The notes beneath the pieces were generated by a model that did not search any database, was not told the DNA's origin, and worked only from the letters and a program-made list of their open reading frames with translations. Made by a program: the position numbers and the translations under genes. From the NCBI RefSeq assembly GCF_009914755.1, contig NC_060928.1: a stretch of 64,000 nt of DNA; one strand, 5' to 3'. Shown piece by piece: positions 51,401-64,000 of this stretch. The DNA is from the human T2T-CHM13v2.0 reference genome, Homo sapiens. How positions within the stretch are numbered: the first letter of the stretch is position 1; each line of letters starts with the position of its first letter.

Positions 51401-54101
51401 AAATGTGGCACATATACACCATGGAATACTATGCAGCCATAAAAAATGAAGAGTTCATGTCCTTTGTAGGGACATGGATGAAATTGGAAATCATCATTCT
51501 CAGTAAACTATCGCAAGAACAAAAAACCAAACACCGCATATTCTCACTCATAGGTGGGAATTGAACAATGAGATCACATGGACACAGGAAGGGGAACATC
51601 ACACTCTGGGGACTGTTGTGGGGTGGGGGGAGGGGGGAGGGATAGCATTGGGAGATATACCTAATGCTAGATGACGAGTTAGTGGGTGCAGCGCACCAGC
51701 GTGGCACATGTATACATATGTAACTAACCTGCACAATTTGCACATGTACCCTAAAACTTAAAGTATAATAATAAAAGAAAAAAAAAAGAAAAAAATAGTA
51801 AAAATTTACTATTTCAGAAAATAAACCCAATTCCTAATGAAATTTTTCGTCTGTTAATTTTTAATGACCTGGCAGTAGAAATGTTATTGTGTATGTCAGA
51901 GATCATTGAAAGAAAATCCCAGAGATCTATTATATTTAATAATCACAAATAGTAGCCATTAAATGAAAAAGTTAGTACTAGAATATTAATACTTTTCATT
52001 ATTTTAAGTAATTTTAGTGGTTTATTTTTCATGAAATTAGTCACATGTTTCCTGAGCAAAGGCCAGGCTCATGGATGATATATGTGCATTTTAATTTTAA
52101 TGTGCTGTCTCTCAATTTCAAAACTCCTTCCCTTTTCCAATCTGCTTTGTCACAAGAAGGATGGGTGCCTATACAATAACAGCTTTTCTTTGCCAGTCCT
52201 CTCTCTATTAGTGTCTTCCAATGGGGCGGCTAGAGGCAGACTAGAAACCTGAGATAACCATTTCATAGCTGTTCATGTCAGCATTGGCTCAGTAAAAGCT
52301 TTTACCTTGGCAGCAGCAGTAGTTCTCAGTCTGTACATGATTTTTATTGTTAAATCAAAAACTTCAGACAAATAAAATTTAGCAGAGTTTACTTGAAGAA
52401 AGAATCATTCATGAATTAGTAGCACTCAGAACCAGGAGAGATTCAGAGACCTCCACTAGGCAACATGGCCATTCAGTATTTGTAGACAAAAATAGTAACT
52501 GGTGTATAGAAGCACATTGATTGTTTACAGCTGGGCATTGGCCTTATTTGGGCATGATGTCATAAGGCATATGCCTTATGTGGACATGGTCTGATCAGCT
52601 GGCACCCTGTGATTAACTGAAGCTCAGCTGCCGTGATTGGCTAGGACTCAGCCATTTGTTGCAGGAATATACTTTTAAGTTAGGTAGCAGTTTTTTTTTT
52701 AAATACAACATTAGGTTGAACTCTGTTATGAAGGAATTCAAAGTATGGAGGGAGTTTTAGGCCATATTTATTTTAATTTAAAATGTCCCCATTTGGTCGG
52801 CTTCTCAATTTGGAAAGATTGACCAAAACCTTGGGCACTGACATCATTCTGTCACCATCACAATGATCTTGTTTGGTCTCAGTATGGAATTTATAATTCA
52901 CAATTGGGTTAGTTGAATGTTTCTTCTGTTCTTTTTAGGTTTTCACTATTCAAACTGTAGTAAGATCACTTGGCATATGACAGATGGCTGCATAAGAACA
53001 TTTAAGACTCTTGAGAGAATCTGGTGCACCAGAGAAACCATTATGATGGCTATCAGGAGGATAATACTAAGAAAATGAAATACACTCTAACAGGAGCCCC
53101 AAATAAGCAAACTGATCAAAATCAAATATATAAAATATGAACCACAAGAGAAATCTATTTGTTTTAGCCATTCAGCTTGTTTGTTGATTTCTTGCAGCTG
53201 AATTTCTTCCATACCAGATGTATTTATCCAAGGGCATCAGAAGTGTTAGCTATCACACATGCTCCCCCTTGTTAGGCCATCAATAGATAGTCCAAAGCAA
53301 TCATGTTATCTAAGGACAACATTAGTAAGAAAGTTTCAAGAAATTTCCTTGGGCAACTGTAACCTTTGCAGTAGAGTCAGCTATATATGGTACCTAATAT
53401 TTGAGATAGGTTTCTATAATCATAACTTAAATGACATTAATGCGAAGCCAGGGAAAATCACCCTTCAAAAAGATGCCTATTTGGAAGGATTTATGTCTGC
53501 TAGCAAATTCCTCTTTATTCTATAGTGCAAATTAAGAAGTGTGGCCCAATGATCAGTTTTCAATTGGTTATAGAGTGACAGTGGTAGCATTAAAATCACT
53601 CATCTACATTGGTCCTTCATTAGCCACTTACTGAAACATAGGGTTGCCATGCACATGGTTAAATGATGACAATATTGTTAAATCCTTCACAGATAAATAT
53701 ACATCCTGGAAAGGCACAACAAACAGCTCTCTGTGGGATGCCTTGTGTGTGAGCAGTCATCAGTAGGGAAACACTAGCAGCATTTATGCCAGGCTCCATT
53801 ACTGAATCACTGAATGCTTTGATGCTTCCAAAAATTAAAGGAATAGGTTACACATTTGTGTACAAATTGTTGAATTATTTTTCCTTTCGTCTTCTTATTC
53901 AACTTATGGCAGAGTTTAACTGCAAAATCATCACTTTAGTTTTGTCTATTGTTACATTTAAACAAGAAAACTGAATACATAAGTCTAGAAAGTATCAGAA
54001 ATCATATTTGAAATACCAGTTACAGAGTGAACCAGAAGCTAAGATTATATAAGGACTTACGTTTCACATGACATATCCAAAATTCAGTTAAGTTCCCTGA
54101 G

Positions 54102-55211
54102 TATCGGGGGAAATTCAGCCAGATATCGGCCGAAATTCAGCCCTGATACTTCACGTAGGTTCTTTTCTATTTTCCCTAAGTGTCAGCCGGTCTGAGATAT
54201 AAAGGGACAGAGTACAAAAGAGAGAAATTTTAAAGCTGGGTGTCCGGGGGAAGACATCACATGACGGCAGGTTCCATGATGGCCCCTGAGCCGCAAAACC
54301 AGCAAGTTTTTATTAGTGATTTTCAAAAGGGGAGGGAGTGTACGAATAGGGTGTGGGTCACAGAGATCACGTGTTTCACAAGGTAATAGAATATCACAAG
54401 GCAAATTGAGGCAGGGTGAGATCACAGGACCACAGGACTGGGGCAAAATTAAAATTGCTAATGAAGTTTCAGGCACACATTGTCATTGATAACATCTTAT
54501 CAGGAGGCAGGGTTTCAGAGCAGACAACCAGTCTGACCAAAATTTATTAGGTGGGAATTTCCTCATCCTAATAAGCCTGGGAGTGCTATGGGAGACTGGG
54601 GCTTATTTCATCCCTACAGCTTTGACCATAAAAGATGGCTGCCCTCCGAAGCGGCCATTTTAGAGACCTACCCTCAGGGACGCATTCTCTTTCTCAGGGA
54701 TGTTCCTTGCTGAGAAAAAGAATTCAGTGATATTTCTCCCATTTGCTTTTGAAAGAAGAGAAATATGGCTGTGTTCTGCCTGGCTCACCGGCGGTCAGAG
54801 TTAGAGGTTATCTCTCTTGTTCCCTGAACATTGCTGTTATCCTGTTCTTTTTTCAAGGTGCCCACATATTGTTCAAACACATGTGCTCTACAAGCAATTT
54901 GTGCAGTTAATGCAATCATCACAGGGTCCTGAGGTGGCATACATCCTCCTCAGCTTATGAAGAGGACAGGATTAAGAAATTAGAGTAAAGACAGGCATAG
55001 GAAATCACAAGGGTATTGACTGGGGAAGTGATAAGTGTCCATGAAATCTTCACAATTTATGTTCAGAGATTGCAGTAAAGACAGGCATAAGAAATTATAA
55101 AAGTATTAATTTTGGGGAACTAATAAATGTTCATGAAATCTTCACAATTTATGTTCTTCTGCCATGGCTTCAGCTGGTCCCTCCATTCAGGGTCCCTGAC
55201 TTCCCGCAACA
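54102..55211 (-). mobile_element. MER11 solo LTR (HERV-K HML-8); 6-bp TSD CCTGAG
   Basis: Minus-strand start TGTTGCGGGAAGTCAGGGACCC and internal repeat gaacataaattgtgaagatttcatg. TSD at 54096-54101 / 55212-55217. Confidence 0.92.
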
Positions 55212-57149
55212 CCTGAGGATGCTATCAAATATGACATCTTAATTACTGCATTATCTTGTCATGTATAGAAAGAAAAGAAACACAGAGAAAAAAGTCAGGA
55301 GGACAAAAGTTTCATGCAGGTAACTTCACCTGTGATCTTGGGAAGGTTGTCTACACCTAGGATGTCATCTGCTTCTCTGAAGAAACCTCCCTGGCCAGTT
55401 TGACCATGAGGTCTCCAATGACTGTACAATCCCAGGAGTCTGGAATGGCTCTCTTAAGTTGAGACATGAATCCAAGACTCAAGGCACCGAAGTTGTACTT
55501 CCAAGGGGTTCCAAGGGCAGTCTTTTTCTGGTGTTCATTCCAAAAGACTCAACATCCAGACTCTAGATCATTAATGGTGTAGCAGATATCTGCTGGTGGT
55601 TCACAAAGGGCTTCTTTTCGGTGGAAAAAATATACTTTGGCATAATCCATTAAGGTCTTGCAATATCGAGTCATTTCAGAGTTCATGAGTGTGAGATACA
55701 TGAAGTCCAATTATTAGGGGCATGGTCCTTCTAGTAATTATTTCATAAGCGGTCAGTCTGTACTTTCTAGTGGATCATCAATCAGTAGTAACTTTGATCA
55801 AAGCAACCCATTCGATTCAGTTAGCTTTGCTTAATGGCTTTGTGTTTGCAATTCCTTATTTGACACTTTTATAATTTTTCTAGTGAAATGAATACCTTCA
55901 TTGCTGAAGATTTCTCCAAGAATGCCCCATAAACAAAACACATTTTCTAATAATTTTTTTTTTTTTGCTTATGTTATAGATTCAGCCTTCTCGCATGGGA
56001 AAGATTTTATACAAACAGAAAAAAGTCATCAAAGTTGGCAATTGAGTAAAATCCCTCTGTAAATATTCAAGTGATCCAGTAAGTGGCAAAAATGTATCAA
56101 CTGAGGTCATTTTCTTACTAGAATTATGGGTTTGACAACCCCAACAATGGTTATAAACCACTTCAGCAGTTTTAGAATAGTCACCCCATCATTTCTTTTC
56201 ATGATTTGTATCATCTCATCTATTCCATAATGAGTCAGAGTGTTGTCTTTAATAATGAAAACTTTAAAAAGTCAGGAAAGATCAGGCAGCTATCAAAGCC
56301 TCCATAAGTCTCCACTTAACATTAGATCTACATATTTTTAAATACTAGATTTTTTTCCCTCCAAGTAAGGCATGTAGCACTGTTTATTAAATAGTTATTA
56401 TAGGTAATTTGACTTGGATTTATCTTATGAAATTCATTCAAATTGCATATAATAACAATTTCAGTACTGACTGACTTAGCATAAAAATCTGACTACGCAT
56501 TTCCTTGGTATTTAATTAACTCTTATTCTACTTGATTTTTGGTTATCAGTTTTATGAATCAGTCAGTCTCTTCATTAGAGTTTTTGGGAATACTTACCTG
56601 GTACAATAGTATGATCAGATTTCTAAGACAGGCATGTAATTTCTGGAATACATAATAACACATCTACACAAATATAATTCAAAGAAGGTTTGGACTTACT
56701 TATTTGGCAATGCTTTCACATAATTTAATATATCAAATAAGCCAAATTAACTTAATATCTCTCTTTTCACAAAGATAGATACCTGTTTGATTTTTCCAAT
56801 AGCACCCATGAAAAATCTCAAGGTTAATTTGAGATTAAAAAAAAAGACTTAATTTAAATTTGGTTTCTGAAAGTATGTCAAAAATATGAAGGATGTGAAA
56901 CACTGGATCAAAATAGGATCACAGGCTACTGTGTATGATCATTGTTAATTTAATCAAAGTAATAATTTAAAGACTTCCAAGGCAAATACAGAAAGTTTGT
57001 TGTAGAAAAATTTTAGTTCTTTCAATAAAGAAGGCAGTTTTCTTAAGCCAACAAAAACCTAGTAAACACTGAAGTGCAAGAAGTTATCTTAGTAAAACGC
57101 AGAATCATTGTTTTCTATCGCCTAGGCCATTTAACTAAAAGATAAAGAA

Positions 57150-57467
<318 letters not shown>

Positions 57468-58634
57468 TCACGGTTTCTTTTAAGAACAGACCAAAATTCC
57501 AAGAAAACTGTTGTTTAACACAAGGCTCAAAATTCTAGTTTCATATCAGTGTACTTTTGGTGTTAATACTCCATTTTTAGAAAAACTTATAAATAATTCC
57601 TTTCTAAGTTTATCTAGCTTAATCACACATAAAATTCCTTTCACAAGATTCATCTTCCACAAACCTTCTGACTTCCTTATCCATTCAGTTTTTATCATAT
57701 ACTTTCCCTCTTCTCATTTTAGAACTAGTCATTCTTTAGAAAAAAAATTACTTTCTTCTTCCCTTAACAAAACATCCTCATACCTTATAGTTTTTGCATA
57801 TAAAGACACATCTTAACTTCCTTGTATACTCGCATAGAGAGTTATTTCCCTTATTATTTCTAACAGTTTTATTTACACATAGTATTAGAATTCTTAACCC
57901 TTAGTGACCTTAGTTTCCAGTAAACACTAGGAAGCAAAGAATTTCAAACCATCTTTCTTGCTAGCAATTTGTAGATCAGCAAATCTAAGAATTGTAATTT
58001 CAAGAAATATGTGTTTCCCAAACTACAATTTGTCAGTGTGGCACAAAACATTAGTATCTTTGATAAGAAACTGTAGATGAGGCAAAATGTACCTGTGTTA
58101 GGTTTTTTTGGCTAGGCATGAGAATCAATTGTTTGTATAGCTATCCCTCAGCCTCAACTTTCCATTCTTGGTGGTAAGAATGTTAAAACCTTCTGTTACA
58201 GGGAGGACATATTTCATATGGGAATTTTATTTTGCTTACATCTATTTAACTCAACTTATTAAAACAATTATGCTTACATTATTCATAAAGATGAGACATT
58301 AAATAGCTTGCCATCATCTTAATTTTCTTGGTGACAAATTTTGTAATATGGTGTTAAGATGAGCTTTTTATCAGGAACCTAGGTAAAAGAAATTGTACAT
58401 CTGTATTATATTTAAAGCTGAGGACACTGAGGATGTGCTTGTCTTAATCAAACCAAGAAAATTTTTATTTACCAAAGATTACTCAAGACACATAAACTTG
58501 AAAGTTTGGGGGATAGTTTTCATTTTCCTGAGAGAATATTTAGTTTATAAATGTGTTTGTTTTTCTTTACACTAGTTAAATAAATCTCTTCTACAATTTA
58601 ATTCTGCCAATATCATAAGAAGATAGAAAAATAT

Positions 58635-59730
58635 TGATGCTTTTTTTTTCTTTTTGGCTGAGCTTTGCCAGCCAGAGACCTCTGTGCCAGGCAATGCCCC
58701 TGTCCAGGCCTCAGTCAGTCCCAGGCTCACTACAGGAGGTGCCGTGCCCACTCACCCTGCTGGGCTGTGCCTCACTTGCACTCCAGTCCAGATTCCATGT
58801 TTGCTGTGGGATCCATATTCAGATCCCAGCAGGAGTGGATGTGTAAGCAAGCGAGTGGGGTCCAGCTGGCCACTCCAAGTGCCAGCACTGGAGTGGGCTC
58901 TGTATGAGGCTTGGGCTGGACCAAGCATGTTGCAAGTGACTCCCTCGGTGGACTCCAGCATCCAGACGAGGGGAATGTGGTGATACCCAAATAGGAATGC
59001 CCGTGACCCTGAAGCTCCAGAGGGCATGTTACAGTGTGCTAACAGCTCTTCTAGTCCCACCACTGGCAACCCAAATGGGTTTGTTAACAGCTCTGTCAGT
59101 CCCATTGCTCCACTCTGGCCTGCAGCTCTTGGGCTGGCCTAGCCCCACTGCTACTTCCCACTTCTACTTCCCATGATGTAGGGCAGCAGGCTACAGTGCT
59201 ACTGCCTGCTTCCTACCTGTGTTTGGCAGGGTCTGAAATTCTTGTCCCATATCAAAGAAGAATGAAATCATGCTGACAACTGGAGGGCGAAGAGGGCAGA
59301 AAAGAGTTTTTTGAGCAATGAAACAGCTCTCAGTGGAGAGGGGAAAAGAGGGTGGTCCCCACCAGAAGTCAGGTAGTTTGTCTCCCACTGTGGCTGGGTC
59401 CAGGGCTTTTATGGGCTCAGAATGAAGGAATGTCTGTTGACTGGCTTGTGAGTATGCAAAAAAGCCTAAAACAAAGACACCACTGAAAGATGGACAATAC
59501 TGTGTTAAAAAACAATTAGGGAAGGGTAGCTATGTGTAAAATAGTTGAAGAGTGGAGATCAATTGGGGATAACATGCCAAAAAGGAAGAGACGTTCTCAA
59601 TCGGGTCCATGGATTTATCCAAGACTTGTAGTTTGGCTTTCAGGTTTTAAACTGTCTTTGGTTTGAAGATCAGGTTTCACCAGGAACTGCCCCTGTCTGC
59701 TTAGAATTTTTCTGCCTCCTGCTGCTATCA
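58635..59730 (-). mobile_element. ERV1 solo LTR (MER52/MER50/LTR27-28 group); 4-bp TSD ATAT
   Basis: Minus-strand start TGATAGCAGCAGGAGGCAGAAAAATTCTAAGCAGACAGGGG with TG...CA termini. ATAT at 58631-58634 / 59731-59734. Confidence 0.75.
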
Positions 59731-60684
59731 ATATCACATATATGTATCATTCATAAACATATGGACAGGTACAAAAATACAAAGCTCGCTAGTTTATTAA
59801 AGAATACCTGTATCCAGATTGTTTTTTCTTTCTGGCTGATGAATTAAGACCCCTTGCCCAGATGGTCAAAATGCTTCACTTACATTTGTGAAAGAAAGAA
59901 AAAGGAAAAGGAAAAAAAAATGACTTAGAATTTTTCATTCATCAGTTTCCAAATAGTGCTTTTTTATTTTGTTCTCTCTTTTCTCTTCTTCTATGTCATC
60001 ACCTCGAAATTTGCATTTCCAAAGGGAATAGCCCTTAGGTAAGATCATGTAGAAAATGTACATCTCAAAGGCACAGAGCTGTAACTTCAAGGCTAAATAT
60101 CATAATTTGCCTATTGCAAAAAAGAGGAGTATAGGAAAAAGCCCAGTTAAGACAAGATCGCCAAGAAAAGCACCTTAAACAAAGGTAAGACTTGTTATGT
60201 AGATTTAAGCCAGCAAAGCACCTTAAACAAAGGTAAGACTTGTTATGTAGATTTAAGCCAATGTGCTCTCCATTGAGAGCATTGCTAATATTTAGTACTC
60301 ATCATATTCTGCTTGTAGAGATAAAGACACCCTTACAAATAGAGATTTCCTTCATAGATGTATGTTTTTCTTGCAGAAAGCAGTCAAAGTGACCAGCTGA
60401 AAATAGGTCATATGCCAGAAAGTCTTATTTTGGAGACTAATTGGCTAGATGAGCAGTTCTCCAACCTAGCGTGAATCCTTTAGCTAAAAATACTGAGTGA
60501 ATGAAGTATACTGAAGAAAAAACAACCATTTTTATGGCTGATTACAGCATAGATACTTCTAATCTTGCCTTATAGTGAGACGTTGTCCCATCTTTTGTTT
60601 CCTTTCAAGATGGAGTGAAAGACCAATCAGCTGCATTTTTTTCCCCCAAGAAATGGTTTTGGGGCACAGAAAAATCATGAAAAC

Positions 60685-61009
<325 letters not shown>

Positions 61010-61142
61010 AGAAAAATCATGAAAACAAGAAAGAGCTGGACAGAGTTGACAGAGTATTTAGTCAGCAGAGGTTTGAGAAAAGAGATTTCAGTAGACTGAG
61101 AGTTTCCTATGGGAAAGACCAGGAATTAATGCTTAAAATGGT

Positions 61143-61678
61143 TGTTTTACTGACCATGGATTCTTGGGCTTTCAATGCAACAGAAATTGACATGAGGCCA
61201 AAAGAGTTTTCCCACACAAAGCTTCATTGGAGCTTACACCCATGCATAAAGGAGGCTGTACAAGAAAGAGAATTCCCCAACTCTCCACAGAGAGTTGGTA
61301 GGGCTTTTTTTTATTAGTCAAAGCAAGGTAACTGACATCAGGGGTCAAGTATGTATATAAGCTGGGGTGGGCAAAGCAAGTGATGGGTAGGGTATGCAGG
61401 TCAGCATTATCAGGCTGCTGTAGTTATCTTGACTGGCCATAACTGGTGACCTGATGGTCTGGCCAGTGGCAACAAAGCTGTAAATGAACTGTTCAGCATT
61501 CCTTCCTGAGGTGGGACATTCTCCAACTTTTGTTATCTCTAAGGCCAGTTCCTGGAATTTTTTAATTAAAAGGACTATTAGCAGCGTGGTATGGTGTGGG
61601 TTTTGTCATCACTGGAAATGCATGAAAGAATGCTCCAGTGGGGTGAGCTGAAGCAGAGCCCCATCTTTACTGTCTCAG
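61143..61678 (-). mobile_element. MER66-like ERV1 LTR
   Basis: Minus-strand start TGAGACAGTAAAGATGGGGCTCTGCTTCAGCTCACCCCACTGGAGCATTCTTTCATGC. Confidence 0.7.
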
Positions 61679-62311
61679 TTGTTGCAAGGGGATAGCTTGT
61701 TGGTTCTAGACTGGCTGTAAGGAATAAGTCCCATAGAGCTGAGTGAACTGACCTGCCAGAAGAGCTACTACCTCTGACACAATCAGTAGATTACACGTAT
61801 TCACAGAATACATATTATTAAATTAGATTGACTTGAATATATTATTTTATGCAAAGATGAGAAAAAAGACGTGATCTGAAGATCTTTACTATTCTACCTA
61901 TTAAAAATGAAGATTCTAATTGCTTCTAAATTCCTTTACAAATTATAAGTCTAAGATACATATCTATTTACTTCAAATCATCACACTTTGTTATAGAATG
62001 GACTAAGCTATGCACATTTATATGCAAGCACACAAAATATGTAGATTCCTCTGAAAACAGTCATACTGTTTTACGTTTCCTTCTTAGTCAAAGGCAAAAC
62101 ACGAGAAAGAGGTGTATAATAGCATCAGGGAAGGTCTTGCCCTAGTTTCTTACTTCTTGCACTGTGGTCAGCAGATAGTTTTATGTACTGTGGTGTGGTC
62201 AGCAGAGGGTTTTCTCTATTAGTCATTGAGCCACTGCTGTTGCTTGATTTGCTTCTAAGGCATGATTCCTTTTTTTTCATCTTCAGGTGTTGAGCCCAAG
62301 AGCAATTCTGT

Positions 62312-62455
62312 TCTTTTTAAGAGATGGGGTCTCACACTCACTATGGCTGGAGTGCAGTGGCACAATCAGTTCACTGCAGTCTTGAACTCCCGAACGCAAG
62401 CGACCTCAGCCTCCCCAGAGCTGGGGTTTCAGCTGCACAACACCATGCCCAGCAA
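62312..62455 (-). mobile_element. FLAM/Alu monomer, degraded
   Basis: gagatggggtctcac...gctggagtgcagtggc...gaactcc..caagcga. Confidence 0.65.
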
Positions 62456-62758
62456 TAGAACATCTTTTAATCAACATCCTGCACACTAAATTCCAACTAT
62501 GATCTCAGAGTCTGCTTCCCCCGGAACCCAACCTGTAACAGTGTGTCATTTGAATGGAAAATAACTATGAATTTAAAATCTCAGGCTTATATCTACTTTG
62601 GCCAGTACTGTCTTCTTTAGATTGTAACCAAGCTCAACTGTAGCACAATTGAATCATTTAAGAGATATCCTCTGGTAGTAATTAGTATCATTAATCAATG
62701 TATCTAGGACTTGTATCTCTGGGTTCTTCCTTCAAATCAGACTGGCCAATGAGACTTT

Positions 62759-63086
<328 letters not shown>

Positions 63087-64000
63087 TGACAGTTGAAAGG
63101 TTTAGCTAATAAAATGTAAACAAAAGTTTTAATGTGGTAGTGCATTGCCTAGCATGTTCCCTTCTCTTTGACACAGCAAGCAATCCTATCGAGATGGAAA
63201 CCAGCACAAATTAGAGGAGTTTTTAAAATTATTTTAGAAGAATTTTTCCTATTCAGGTTTTTTTTTTTTCTACAAAATCAACTTATGGCCAATCACTGCT
63301 ATATGTACAGGTGAATAAGAGGAAAAGAAGTTAAAGAAAGAAAAGTCAAATGAACTTTGGTTATTTTAATTACCATTGTTAGGGATTCTGAGAAGCACCT
63401 CTTGAAGGATTTGAAATTGCAGTGAACATACCAGTACACAAACAAATAAAGCCACATTAAATTGAAACCACTCACTTCAAATTCAGAAAGGATATTTTGA
63501 AAGAAAATATTATTTTTTTAAAAATAGGCATGTGTAGCTCTTCAGTAATATAAAGAACTCCTTAGGGTCTTGTACAGTCTGTAAGAATAAGTACATGTTT
63601 GTTAAATGAAAATATAAATGTTTTTAAACCTTTCCAGTTTGGAGCACTTCTCCCCTACAATGCATTTAACCAATCCCTCAAATTAAACACATTTTTGTAT
63701 TTCAATATTCCAGTGATTTTTAAAGACACTGATTATATGTGAATCTTAATTTATCCAAATGTTTAGTGTAACTGTTACCTCATCAACAAAGAATTAACTA
63801 TAATAGCAATGAGAGAGAGAGAAAAGAGAAACTACCTTCTATTTCACTGGAATATTTTATTTTACAATTATGGTGGTGGTATTAACACATTCCATTGAGG
63901 GAGGAGGTGGTTAGGGGCTGGATAGGCAGACAAAGAGGGAGGGTCTCGGGAGAAGGACAGAGAAAGGCAATGTTCACAGGAACAACCTCAACACAGCACC

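Noticed and set aside
53210-53340. Syncytin-like env
   Set aside because: The ISD-like remnant contains stops and frameshifts; there is no long ORF.
63895-64000. Purine-rich segment at the window end, possibly the start of an LTR
   Set aside because: Truncated by the window edge and the family is not recognizable.

Overview
Primate, almost certainly human, genomic DNA: AT-rich and dense in Alu, L1PA, SVA and HERV elements. The only intact protein-coding gene is the single coding exon of ADAM29 (1549-4011, +, 820 aa). It has a catalytically dead HHLGH zinc motif and a 27-bp tandem-repeat tail cut short by a CAG>TAG stop. About 41 kb downstream is a decayed ADAM20/21/29-family paralog (~42933-45520). 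It shares non-coding flanks with ADAM29 on both sides, which points to a DNA-level duplication. Most of the rest is transposon-derived. Main highlights: (1) a four-layer nest, old L1 > HERV-L > HERV-K(HML-3) > SVA, with the TSDs of the three inner insertions readable; (2) a full-length L1PA2-like element whose 14-bp TSD also encloses ~250 bp of foreign CpG/CAG-rich sequence, a rare 5' transduction that probably captured a host gene's first exon; (3) a hidden 61-codon ancestral ADAM29 C-terminus behind the stop; (4) a near full-length Hsmar2 mariner and several solo LTRs inside a MER4-group ERV1 relic. I see no evidence of a wholly new biological system; the 5'-transduced L1 chimera is the most unusual object. 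Repeat subfamily names come from my recall of consensus sequences, not from a search.
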